Assembly: GCA_002269645.1 (NCBI GenBank) | Contig: NIVC01004766.1 | Span: 1 to 35,514 of the forward strand | DNA length: 35,514 nucleotides | From: Macrostomum lignano | Lineage: Eukaryota | Direction: 5' to 3' | Part shown: piece after piece, positions 21,065 to 32,010 of the stretch | Numbering within the stretch: position 1 is the first letter of the stretch | Layout: the number at the start of each line of letters is the position of its first letter | Translations under genes and position numbers: made by a program | The notes under the pieces: model-generated | Seen by the model: the letters and a program-made list of their open reading frames with translations, nothing else | What the model was told of the DNA's origin: nothing | The model's database searches: none

Positions 21065-22337
21065 CAGGTGTTTGTGAGCTCGTTTAGCGATTGTTGAATC
21101 AGCATTCAGCGCCGGGTTGACAACTTGACGTATTTCCATCGCAACTGGAGCGAGTACATATGTACGCGGCCGGATTCGGAGAAGGGCAGATGAAAACCAC
21201 TGCTGGCTGGTTGTGTACTAGCTTGCATGATGCATGTAAAAGTTTTTAAACATATAGTTCGTTAATTATGTTGGTCTCAGGATGTAGTCAATAAGTAATT
21301 TTATACATTATTGCAGGTAGGCTTAATCTGATGCAGTGTTAGTGTAACAAACACATTTCTGATGTGACATGTATATTATCCGTTACTTGTCCAATTGCTG
21401 GTGGGACAAGTTAACTCAGAATGAACTAACACTTGAAGCTAAATTTACGATTTATCGTAGCTAACGTAGCAACAGGCGGACAGTGAAAGTTTTTTAACGG
21501 TCGTGAAAGTTGTTAAAGAAGTACATGTAAACCGAGGCGATCGGGCGGGCCTAAATTATCGATTGTTCAACTATCATACGAAACGTTGGGGGGCCAACAC
21601 ACGCAAACAATACATAAAGAGATTAGGAAATTATTCGATTATTGTTGGTTATGCCTAACTCTGACACCTTTCAAGAGCTATTTTTTTACGACTTATACGT
21701 CTGGGGCGGTGAAATCCTTGTCTGGACTAAATAAATTTAGTTCTTGGTGGATTGCGCTACTAATATATAGTTATTGCTATATTACAGTAGCTACTGGTTT
21801 TCTGAACCCTCGAAGTTTTAAAGATCGTCAACAATCTAAAATACAGAATTACATGTACGATGGTTCGTTGATGTACAGGACAAATGACCTAAATCGATTT
21901 TTGCAGGCCTGCGCACCATGCACTCTCTCACCTCATGGCTGTTTGGTCGAGCTCTTCGCATTCGAATGCGGCTGTGGAACGGTACGGAGTACCGAGTTGA
22001 CTACTCCAGCTTCTCTGTTGCCAGCGAGGCTGATAAGTTTCGGCTGAACATATCTGGATTTCACACCAGCGACCCGACTGTGGGAGACAGCATGGCAATG
22101 AGCAATGGGATGACGTTACGTTCGATTCGGATAACGACGCGTATGCTGGCGGCAGTTGCAGTGTTCAATACAAAGGGTTGTTGGTGGTACCAAGCTTGCC
22201 ATGCGACAAATCCAAACGGACTGTACTTTAATCCACCCGCCGCACTCAACGTGGCAGATTATGCTGTGGGAATTGTATGGCAATATAACTTTGGATTTTA
22301 TTATTCACTGATAGAATTTGAAATGCTGATTCAGTGA
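21065..22337 (+). pseudogene. Fibrinogen-related domain (FReD; ficolin/angiopoietin/tenascin-like) gene with multiple lesions
   Basis: Exon A (about 21065-21210) reads QVFVSSFSDC*ISIQRRVDNLTYFHRNWSEY/AAGFGEG/DENHCWL, with an in-frame TGA at 21095-21097 and indels. Exon B (21907-22337, acceptor ttgcag) reads GLRTMHSLT...YSSFSVASEADKFRLNISGF...GDSM...NGMT/TFDSDND...C/GCWWYQACHATNPNG...VW. These are typical fibrinogen C-terminal domain motifs. Confidence 0.88.
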
Positions 22338-23694
22338 TTCCGATCGCTCGGGTTTTCGGGGAGCACAAAACCTACAATTTAGTGTTTTTTTTTTTTAGAA
22401 ACCTTTAAAAATGTAGTTCATTTAAAAAGTTTCTCTTTCCTATTTTTACTTTGCTGTGGTTATATATGCTTCTCTTATAAACTGTGTCTAATGAAACGAA
22501 ACATGTACTTTATCTATCACAGTAGGCGGGTATTCTGACTATAGCGGCTATATATTTACAATAATGTAGTTAATGTATTTTTCTTTCATGCTGTTCTCAT
22601 GCAGTAAAAGAAGTTTTTAGATTCGATAGATTCGAGTTGATTCTGAATAAATCAACTTTTTACATTGATGTTATACTTATATGTTTACTTGAAGTACATC
22701 TAGCTACCTAATATTAAAATCGGAAATTTTTATGGTCTTCAAATCTATATCTGCTCGTGTATATTGTTGCTATACTTTTATTATTTTTGTAATCAAAAAG
22801 TTTTAAATAAAAAGTTCGAACTTCCGTCAGCTATTGGTTATTATACTACTGCTAGTAGCAAATAACCATTCATAAAAAATGGTTATTTGCTACTATCAGT
22901 AGTTACAACAATTTACAACAATTAAATAGAATTAAATTAATTAAATAGAATTTACAACAATTCACATTAATTGACAGACGTATTTGATCGAATTTTACTT
23001 AAGTTGAGGGTAGTAATTACGTTCATATCTACAAATATAAGTAAAACAAAACCACAAAGGTGGGATTGAAAGCTTGTATATAAAAACTAACAGGTAACAG
23101 CTACTATATGTAAGGGTAAATAAATTTACTGACTAAACAGTGCACGTGCTCTATTAATTTAGTACAAGTTAATGCATTTAGCTATAACTTAAGGCACAAA
23201 TTAATAAGGCACAAGGCACTATATAATTTTTAGAGAAAGTAATCACGCGTATAATTCGCCTTTTCAAAAGACATTCCCTAATTTTTGAAAAAAAAGGTTT
23301 TACTTGTCAAAAGTATAAAAACAACGTCAGTTGAATTCTCAGGCCTCGATAAAAAGATTTTTGTTTGAACTGTTACGCCCGAAACTCAAATGATAAAAAA
23401 CTGGCTTCATATACATGTAAATGTGTTTTCTTTGCCTAATAATGGCAAATAGTTTAGTCAAGTGAGACCATGAGATCAGCATGCAATTATCAGAGATGAT
23501 AAAATCAAAGATTCGGTTATTCAGACTTAGAGACAGTGTTGTTCATCACCTATGCTTATAAGGCTTGAAATACCTCACTCGAGCAGGATGATGGTATATC
23601 GGTAGCTTTTAAATGAGTTTCATTTAAAGTATAAAGATCGCAGCAGACTCGCTGCTGCTGGGACAGCTGTGACAACAAACTCAATTTTTTTTAA

Positions 23695-26600
23695 TTAAGC
23701 GGTAGCCGACGCGGTGACATTTCTCACCGCCCAAGGTGGCAGTTCACGGAGTCCGAAGATGGCCGGAGCGTAGCTAATCGTTGCCACGGCAACCAAGGAG
23801 TTGCTAAGCAGCCACATGACGACGCCGGTTCTCAACTAGAATATAGAATTGTTTAATTTTCTTGAAATTGAAACACAGTTAACAACCCCTATTGGTCTCT
23901 GAATCAAAGTCTTGTACATTTGTAGGTCATTTAGCACGACAACTGCAGAGACAGTTTCGGTAATAACAACTTATTAATACACCGTGACTAGCTAGATGGG
24001 ACTTGTTGTCCTTTGTTGCTTCACTGATTACGTTTTCTTTGCTGCAGTACGAGGTGTTTAAGTAATTTGGCCATATTGTCATTGTAGGCAATAGCTAGCT
24101 AGGCTTACCATATCCACGGCCCTCAGGTAGCCCCTGGAGAACACCAGAATATTTGCCGGCGTAGAAATCGGCAGAATGAAGGCGAATGAGCACGAAGCGG
24201 TGGACGAAAGCATCAGGTAGAACGGGTGCACGCCGATGTTTTGGCTCTGCAATTAAGCGAGCATATACAGATATTTACACAGACAAGCTTACATGCATGT
24301 AGGGTTAGGATTTCGGCGCCATATTCCATATTCTAGGACACCTGTTCACTATTGAACTCATACTACAACCGATAAGTACATGTGCGGATGTACACAATGT
24401 ACTTACAAAGCTGGCCAAGATAGGCAGCAATATAGTTGCGGCCGTGCCGTTTGAAGTCCACTCCGTCAGCAGAGCGGAGAACAGGCAGAAGATGAAGATC
24501 AGAGCCTCCAAAGGTACAACTTTCAGGTGCAACAGTTGCTGACCAATCCAGTCTGACAAACCCGACACCTGTGAATGAATATATCAAGTCAGTAAGAAAG
24601 AAACTCAGGTGATGAGTTATATTATTATTAGCAAGGATGTCTGATGATGAACGCAAGGACCACTAGAAGTTACCGTTAACGGTAACTTCTAGTGGTCCTT
24701 GGATGAACGTCACTGAATACTACAGCACTTGTGCTGCAGAAACCAACCAACCCTTGAAGTGTCAGCCAGAGCGAATCCAGCGCCCAGCATGAGCACAATG
24801 TTCCAGGCTACTCGTTCCTGCATCAACCGCCAGGTCATCATCCTGTCCGGTCGGTCGTCAATCTGCACAATCAGGTTCGGCTCAACCGTGACTTCGCGGG
24901 AATAGGTGCGTCTCCGTCTACGACTGGACGATTTGCCACAGCGCTGTGGGCACTTGCAGGTGCAGCAGCTAAAGGGATTCTTGGACGGCAGGAAGAAGAG
25001 AAGTATGGCCGATAGGATGACTGGCTGAGCGTCGCTAGTGAAGGACATGGTGTTGCTCGTGTTTTTAGGGTCCGGGCCGAGGAAAAGGGCCGACCAGCCG
25101 CGAACTCCGGGCTCCCGGCTGATCCAGAGACAGATGGTAAGCACAAAGAGCAGAATGACGTTCACTTCAGCGTACCTGTCACGAGGTTTATAGTTCGACA
25201 TGAGGTTATTGGGGTTCACTACCAGATCGAATTAAGCATCGACTTGATGATACTTTACTCACGAGATAGGCCCGAGTTTCTGATACTCCCTGCGCAGTGT
25301 CGCCTTGATTCGCTCCTCGTCACTTTTTGGCAAGGTGTTCGGTCGCACAAAGCTCCTGGATGAGTGTTTGAAGAGTTGTAGCTAGTTAGTCCATGGGGCA
25401 TGAACAAGTACGTACCGATATTTATGATTGTGAAGTATAGACAGAGCGACGTGGTTTTATTGTTTTACAGGACTAAAAGTGCGCATGTCAGGGCTGCTGT
25501 AAATCATGTGCAAGTGTGGGCTTTGCCACACAGGGTTACCCCTGCATACTCTCGCATGACTGACTAATCAATGCTCAATCATTGCTAGCTAAAGCAGAAT
25601 AAACACGAACCTGAACCCCAAAAAGCTGATCTGCAGCCAAACCCAAGCGATGAGCAGAGTTACAACGGCCAGCGGCAGACCATAGAACAACCAGCTGCTG
25701 TAGTTTAGCGACGTCTCCGAGCCGAAGTATTCGGCCACGATGCCGTTCAAGATTACGTTAGGAGCCGTGCCGGTCAGGGTGGCGACCCCGCCGAACACGG
25801 CGCCGTAGGACACGGAGAGCATCAGCATGCGGCAGATGTTGGCAAACTCGGCGTTGCGCTTGTCGGCAATGAACTCTTTCATGGGCACGCGCATGTCGAC
25901 GTCGTGCGCCGAATCAATCTCCGCATCCACGTGCCGATCTTCGGCAACGATTTCGTCGTCGTCCAACTCTTTAGCTGTCTGTCCCTCGACGTCGCTCTCT
26001 GGTGCGAAGTCTTTGTCGCCACAGCCAGCATCGTGATTGCCGATTCCAGACGCGACCGTTGTCTGGTCGCTGCTCGACGAAGCGGCCGACATTTCGAAGG
26101 CGGGATTCACTGCGCCAGTCTCCACGGCACCCCCCTCGAAATCTCGGCGCCCCTCTGACATTTTGGCTGCCGTTTCAACGTCTAAAGCGTTGCTATGACG
26201 GCGCTGGTGAGAGTGCCTGGAATGCGCGGCTTGGTAGTGCTTGCGCAGCTCCACCAGCACGGCCTCCGCTATGGGGAGCATCATGGCCACCGTGGCGGTG
26301 TTGGAGATCCACATCGACAGAATCCAAGTGGGAATGAGGAAGCCAAACAGAAGCCTGCCAGTGAGTTTTGGGCATCATCAATTTGAGTTGGAGATTTGAC
26401 AAATATGAGAACAGCCTGAGTATTTTGAAAGTCGGCGTAACTGATATTTAATGTCGCTAAATTTGACCGAAAACTTGCACCATTGTTATATACGAGTATA
26501 TACTGTACTTTGATTCTTTGAAAGTCAAAATCCTTCGCTGGGCGTTACATCAGAAAGTCAAACGTAAAAAACACCTGCTCAAACATTAAGGATTTGATAT

Positions 26601-29042
26601 CTCTGCTTTCTGAGATTAGGAACTGATTATGTGCAGTTCAAAATTAAAAACTCGCTATTATAAACTTATTAAGTTAAGGTACTTTATCTACGCTCGTATT
26701 TCTGTTTAAAAAAATCTTGAGATATCTCTAGTAACTATCTCTAGATATCTCTAGTATCTCTAGATATCTCTAGGGTCTCGCTGCTGACTGCTGACAAAAG
26801 AAAACTAAAAGCACTTGTATAAGTATAAAAGACGCTTTTAAGTGTCGGAGTCTACTTTTTAAAAGAATAGTTTTTATGTGAAAGACTTGAGCTTATAACT
26901 ACAATATAATTGATAAAAGCTGGCATTTTCTAGTCTGGGAGACGGCCTGAGAGAGAAGCGGTTCAGACCAGTTCTCCAGACTATGAGACTCGAGCGATTG
27001 CTTTTTTGAAACACTGCTCTGGCTCTTTACGAGAACAATCAGTTCTAGCTTTTCATTCCTAACACCGAACTTCACAAACCAAAGCAGGTAAAAAGCAGGG
27101 ACCCTTTTAAGACACACAAAGGTCCTGATTTAAGTTAAGCACTAATTGAAATGCGAGTCAATAGACATTATCAAAGAGAATATTTGTCGTAAACTTGCTA
27201 AATTAAACGGTTGGAATTTGGAGAAGGTCCTGCAGAGCTCATATTTAGAAGATTGGTGCATGTCAACATTGTCAAGGATGTCTAATTTGATGTGCGCTGC
27301 TTCTGTTAAAATTAACTAACTGTTTTTATTTATAGGGTGATCCGGAATGGTCTCCTGGATAACAAAACCGAGTTTTCTCTGAACTTGCTTGGTCGATTTA
27401 GATTGGGCAGAAAGTTGACCTGCTTCAACCTTGTGTTCTGATGATATTCTTTACTTTATAATCTTGCTGCTTGCTTCAAAAAGCATGAAGTTTTCTTAGA
27501 AAAAACACCCGCTTCACTAACTGACGTAACTACACTGCATTTCAGCTCCATGGTTGACACGCCAGTTGAGAGATTCGAAATGGCATCCTGGCTTTAAGAA
27601 GTTTGAATAAGCCCTCAGGCAGACTTACACAGACAACAAGGGCCATCATGTTGAGCAGTGACTGACAGCTTTCATAGCAGATGGATACAACTGTGATAAA
27701 CACGGCTAAAACCCGGAAATTACCAAGATTTTTAAGTAATAAACACCATCCATCAGAACACAAGGCTTCAGCAGGTCACGTTTCAGCTTAATTCATCCAC
27801 CTAAGTGCAGAGAAAACTCGATTTGTCAGCCGGCAGACTTTTCTGGACCAGTCCTGTACATTGTATTCCGACTGATTGTCGACCCGGTGACTCACCATCT
27901 GGGCTGCACGCCGCACAGCAGCAGAACTTTGAGCGCAACTCTCTTATGAAGATCCCAGATCTCGATGGAAACTGCTAGAATTAGGCCGCCGAGGAACAGC
28001 ATGTTTGAGTCCTAGAATAGGATAGGAAAAAGACAATTATAGTTACTTGGGGAGCAGAGGGTTTTTGTCGTGCGATTCACACCCATGCTCGATGATTAGA
28101 AAGGCGGGGCCGATGTACACCCTGTGTGAGCAGTACACACAGTCTGTGCCTTTGTGGTTGACCCTTGGGGGCTTGAGTTGCGTGAAGTCTCCGTGCACAA
28201 ATTCCAAAATTACATAAGAAGGCTAAAAGTGGTTTCGAATTCAAGAAGAGCCTTTGGGACGAGAGTCAGGCACGTTGGCTCTAAAATTCGGTTTTTAAAA
28301 ATTCGATTATTTCTTTTAAATTTCAAAAGTACATTTCAAAACCTTAAAATAGGCCGGGCAGATGTCTCTGCTAGGCATGATGCCAAGCGCTGGCACCAGC
28401 ACCACGGGCAGCAGGGCCGTGATTCCCAGCGGAACAACTTCGAAGTTCCAATAGAACGACATCGTGATGATTACAAATGCGGCTTTGGCCTCCTGAAATC
28501 GAGAAATTGGAAAGGCTTGAAGCTACTACTCTAAATAGTGGAACCACAGATGCGAAGATAGTAAACTATCTGATGTCTTATATGGCATCCAAAAGGTGCA
28601 CCCCTGACGTCTAAAAGATCGTTCACACCACCATAAATTCACACATCATCCAAGGTAACGCTTAATGAAAATACGCCTAAAGGTGGCGCCCTGACATCTT
28701 CTAAGATGGCGTCCATGAATCATAATTTGACATTAAATAAATAGAGAGCACCTTCTGAAATGCAGCTAGCCAAACACCGGTCTCAAACTCATCGAGCATA
28801 AGCAGATGGTTACGCAATATTCGCCAGTATAGCCGAGTAAACAATCTCGCAGCAAAGCAAATGGCAAAGCAAAGAATTATTACACAACTAGTGCAAACCT
28901 TGGTTCCAACATAGAAGATGAGCGGCAGGAGAGCCAACGGCACCAGAAAGGTGGCAATCACTGCCCGATGACGCAGCAACGTCTTCAACACAAGGAGACA
29001 TCGGTTCGGCGCTTTCGCTGCAGCAGATTCTCGCTCCGACAT
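23695..29042 (-). CDS. SLC13/DASS-family Na+-coupled dicarboxylate/citrate/sulfate transporter (Indy-like), 9 exons, 703 aa, intact
   Basis: Exons 29042-28899, 28492-28343, 28011-27896, 26354-25611, 25355-25263, 25175-24752, 24568-24407, 24246-24109 and 23835-23695; total 2112 nt, all GT-AG, phases consistent. Motifs: [99 protein letters not shown]. Confidence 0.96.
24646..24709. mobile_element. 48-bp perfect palindrome (head-to-head 24-bp TIRs) flanked by an 8-bp TSD gatgaacg
   Basis: caaggaccactagaagttaccgtt|aacggtaacttctagtggtccttg at 24654-24701. gatgaacg is present at both 24646-24653 and 24702-24709. Confidence 0.85.
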
Positions 29043-30354
29043 GGTGCCTGCTCTGCTGATCGCGGCTGAAGACTCTGCGCAGCGAATCTCGACTGCCTGT
29101 TGGGCTTCCGAAATTATATATAATCGGAGAAGCAAAGCACCGAGAGGACCCAGTTCTGACCCAATGGATGCGTTTGCTTGTGTGCCCGCATGCGACCCAT
29201 ACCGGTTTATGAGAGATTCCAAATTTAATAATATGAGCCCCCGTGTGCACTGCTCCGCCGTACGCATTGTGCCCGCCGCAATGTGAAAGAGAGCCGTGCC
29301 CCCTCGCCCCTCCTCAGCTCATCTGGTTCGACAGTCCAAGCCCCCCCCCCCTCGCCGCAACCAGAATGAGCAAACTCAACCCAGAATCCAGTCGTCATTT
29401 TAAGGTGGGTATTCTCAATTCCACCCCCTCCCCTCCTCACGCTGACCTCTTGCACGCGTCGTGCTGCAATTTCTATTTGAGTATTTAATTGAGAATAGAA
29501 ACTTTCTATTCACATAGCCCAGACGAAATTTTGACAACCGAAAAACACCTGGAATTGGGCCACAAGTGAAGCAGATTTCTGTCTCTAATTGCGATGCGGT
29601 TGCTTGAGCCTGTCTGCTACCGATTAACAAGTATTTTGATTTTATAATCTTATGGATGGTTGCTTGAAAATTGCCATTTAGTGCAAAGAAGTTTCGACAG
29701 CGCCTCTATCGGTGACTGACAGTTCTGACAGCATGGTCTCTATACGTCTTTGATAGGCATCTATATGCTTTTAACTTTTAACATGTGTTGTACATATTTA
29801 GAATTTTAGATGCCATTATTATAATAACTGTCAGTATTCATTAGTCTGCAGGGTCATTTTAGATCGTATTTAACAGGCATTGCTTCCCACACAGGCATGA
29901 ACTATGGACACTTTTCAGTCTGTATTTGAAGATTTGCTTAATATTAAATAAGCAATTTTTGCAAGAAAAATTTTCTGTGACTGCTTTATCCTGTCACAAC
30001 AAGTTTCTACATTAAACGTTTCTTTCTGCAGTTTGAAAATTGACCTCAAAGCAGAGCTTACAGAGAGGAAAGACTTTGCAGAGTGGGTTGCAGTATTGTT
30101 CAGCATTTCACCTGAGCAACTTGTTATTAAATAGCTTTAGCTCATGTACACTGCTGTTGGTATAGCTGACACTAAATGCCATGCCGTGTTATTGTTTACA
30201 CAGCGGCAAAGTGTGTAACACAAGTGATAATTCTAGAAATGTTTAGATTTTTGTATTTAGCTCAAAATCATAGACCCCTTGAAGCCTTGGCATCTCCAGC
30301 TTCTGATGTACGTCAGATATGAATGCATGCGAATATAAGTCTGTTAAACTAGGC

Positions 30355-30665
30355 TGAAGATAATAATAGTAATGATAATATAATAGTAATAATAGTAATA
30401 ATAATTGTCTGATTAGATCCGCACTAAAAGGCAAATGTGCAACCGACAGCTCAGCCGCAGCTTTGCCCGGTGCATCTGAAGGCTGCGTACGGCTGTTCAG
30501 TCCAAGGACTGGGGGGTCGCCACACCCCAGCTAATGCTGGCACCCATTTTACAGCTGGGTGAACTGAAGCAATACAGAGTTAAGTTCTTGCTCAAGGACA
30601 CAAACTGTTCCAAATTGGGTCGAGAATCGAAGACAAGAGGTCTCAGCCTCACCTGGTCGCTTAGT
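30355..30665 (-). mobile_element. Second copy of the CORE-type SINE, with (TTA/TTACTA)n tail
   Basis: Its reverse complement matches the body of the 10379-10667 copy (aacagtttgtgtccttgagcaaga...cagctgtaaaatgggtgccagcattagctgggg...ccagtccttggactgaacagccgtacgcagccttcagatgc...gctgcggctgagctgtcggttgcacat). Simple-repeat tail at 30360-30404. Confidence 0.85.
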
Positions 30666-31254
30666 GAAGCCTTTATTAAAATGTTTTTCACTCATTTTAA
30701 AGTATATAACATTCATTATTCATTCAACACTACTCTTAGTAACAAGAATAGCTTTTTTGTACAAATTATAAAATCAAGAGAGGAAGAATTTACTTTAGAC
30801 TAAAATATTCAAAGGCGATTGAAAAACACGAGGAGAAATGAGATTCTAGAGAGATAGAGAAAGAGAGACAAAGAGAAAGAATGAGATTAGAGATATAGGT
30901 CGAAAATATCCCTCAGAGAGACAAAAATCGGAGGTCAACACATCGATATACGCAGAAGGAAAATTGCAAGCAGTTTTTGAAATGTCGCAAGATTTTGCTG
31001 AATTGTAAATGCCACGCTCGTAGTCTATTTTTCGTATTTATTGCGTTTGTTCTTTTATTTATAGACTAATTTACAAATTTATATATTCAGAAGTTGGTTG
31101 TCACTCGTTTTTTAAATTCTAAATCAAAACCTGCTTCTTGCTACGGTCCATCAGGCACCAATGCTTCAAGCGTCCTAAGAAAATCATTAAGAAGCTTGCC
31201 GTTTCACCTGCTCGAAATACTTCGTGTCCAGAGTTGTCTGTGGTTGGTTGATAG

Positions 31255-32010
31255 TTTTCAGCCCCCCCTCTGTAGCTGGCGCCCCCTCTGTAGCTGGCGC
31301 CCCCTCTGTAGCTGGCGCCCCCTCTGTAGCTGGCGCCCCCTCTGTAGCTGGCGCCCCCTCTGTAGCTGGCGCCCCCTCTGTAGCTGGCGCCCCCTCTGTA
31401 GCTGGCGCCCCCTCTGTAGCTAGCGCCTTACTCTGTACCTGGCGCCCCCTCTGTAGCTGGCGCCCCCTCTGTAGCTGGCGCCCCCTCTGTAGCTAGCTCC
31501 CCCTCTGTAGCTGGCGCCCCCTCTGTATCTGGCGCCTTACTCTGTAGCTGGCGCCCCCTCTGTAGCTGGCGCCCCCTCTGTAGCTGGCGCCCCCTCTGTA
31601 GCTGGCGCCCCCTCTGTAGCTGGCGCCCCCTCTGTAGCTAGCGCCTTACTCTGTACCTGGCGCCCCTCTGTTTCTAGCTCCCCCTCTGTAGCTGGCGCCC
31701 CTCTGTAGCTGGCACCCCCTCTGTAGCTGGCACCCCCTCTGTAGCTGGCACCCCCTCTGTAGCTGGCGCCCCCTCTGTAGCTGGCGCCCCCTCTGTAGCT
31801 GGCGCCCCCTCTGTAGCTGGCGCCCCTCTGTAGCTAGCGCCTTACTCTGTACCTGGCGCCCCTCTGTTTCTAGCTCCCCCTCTGTAGCTGGCGCCCCCTC
31901 TGTAGCTGGCACCCCCTCTGTAGCTGGCACCCCCTCTGTAGCTGGCACCCCCTCTGTAGCTGGCACCCCCTCTGTAGCTGGCGCCCCTCTATACTCGACG
32001 CCCCTCTGAC
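31255..32010. repeat. 18-bp GC-rich minisatellite (gcgccccctctgtagctg)
   Basis: About 41 tandem units, source of the SVAGAP/LQRGRQ ORFs. Confidence 0.95.

Noticed and set aside
21586-22047. 153-aa ORF starting at TTG 21586
   Set aside because: It spans intron sequence and the wrong frame of the FReD exon, with no domain features.
28701-29267. 188-aa ORF as the true SLC13 N-terminus
   Set aside because: Only 29042-28899 matches SLC13. The remainder is UTR or intron read-through.
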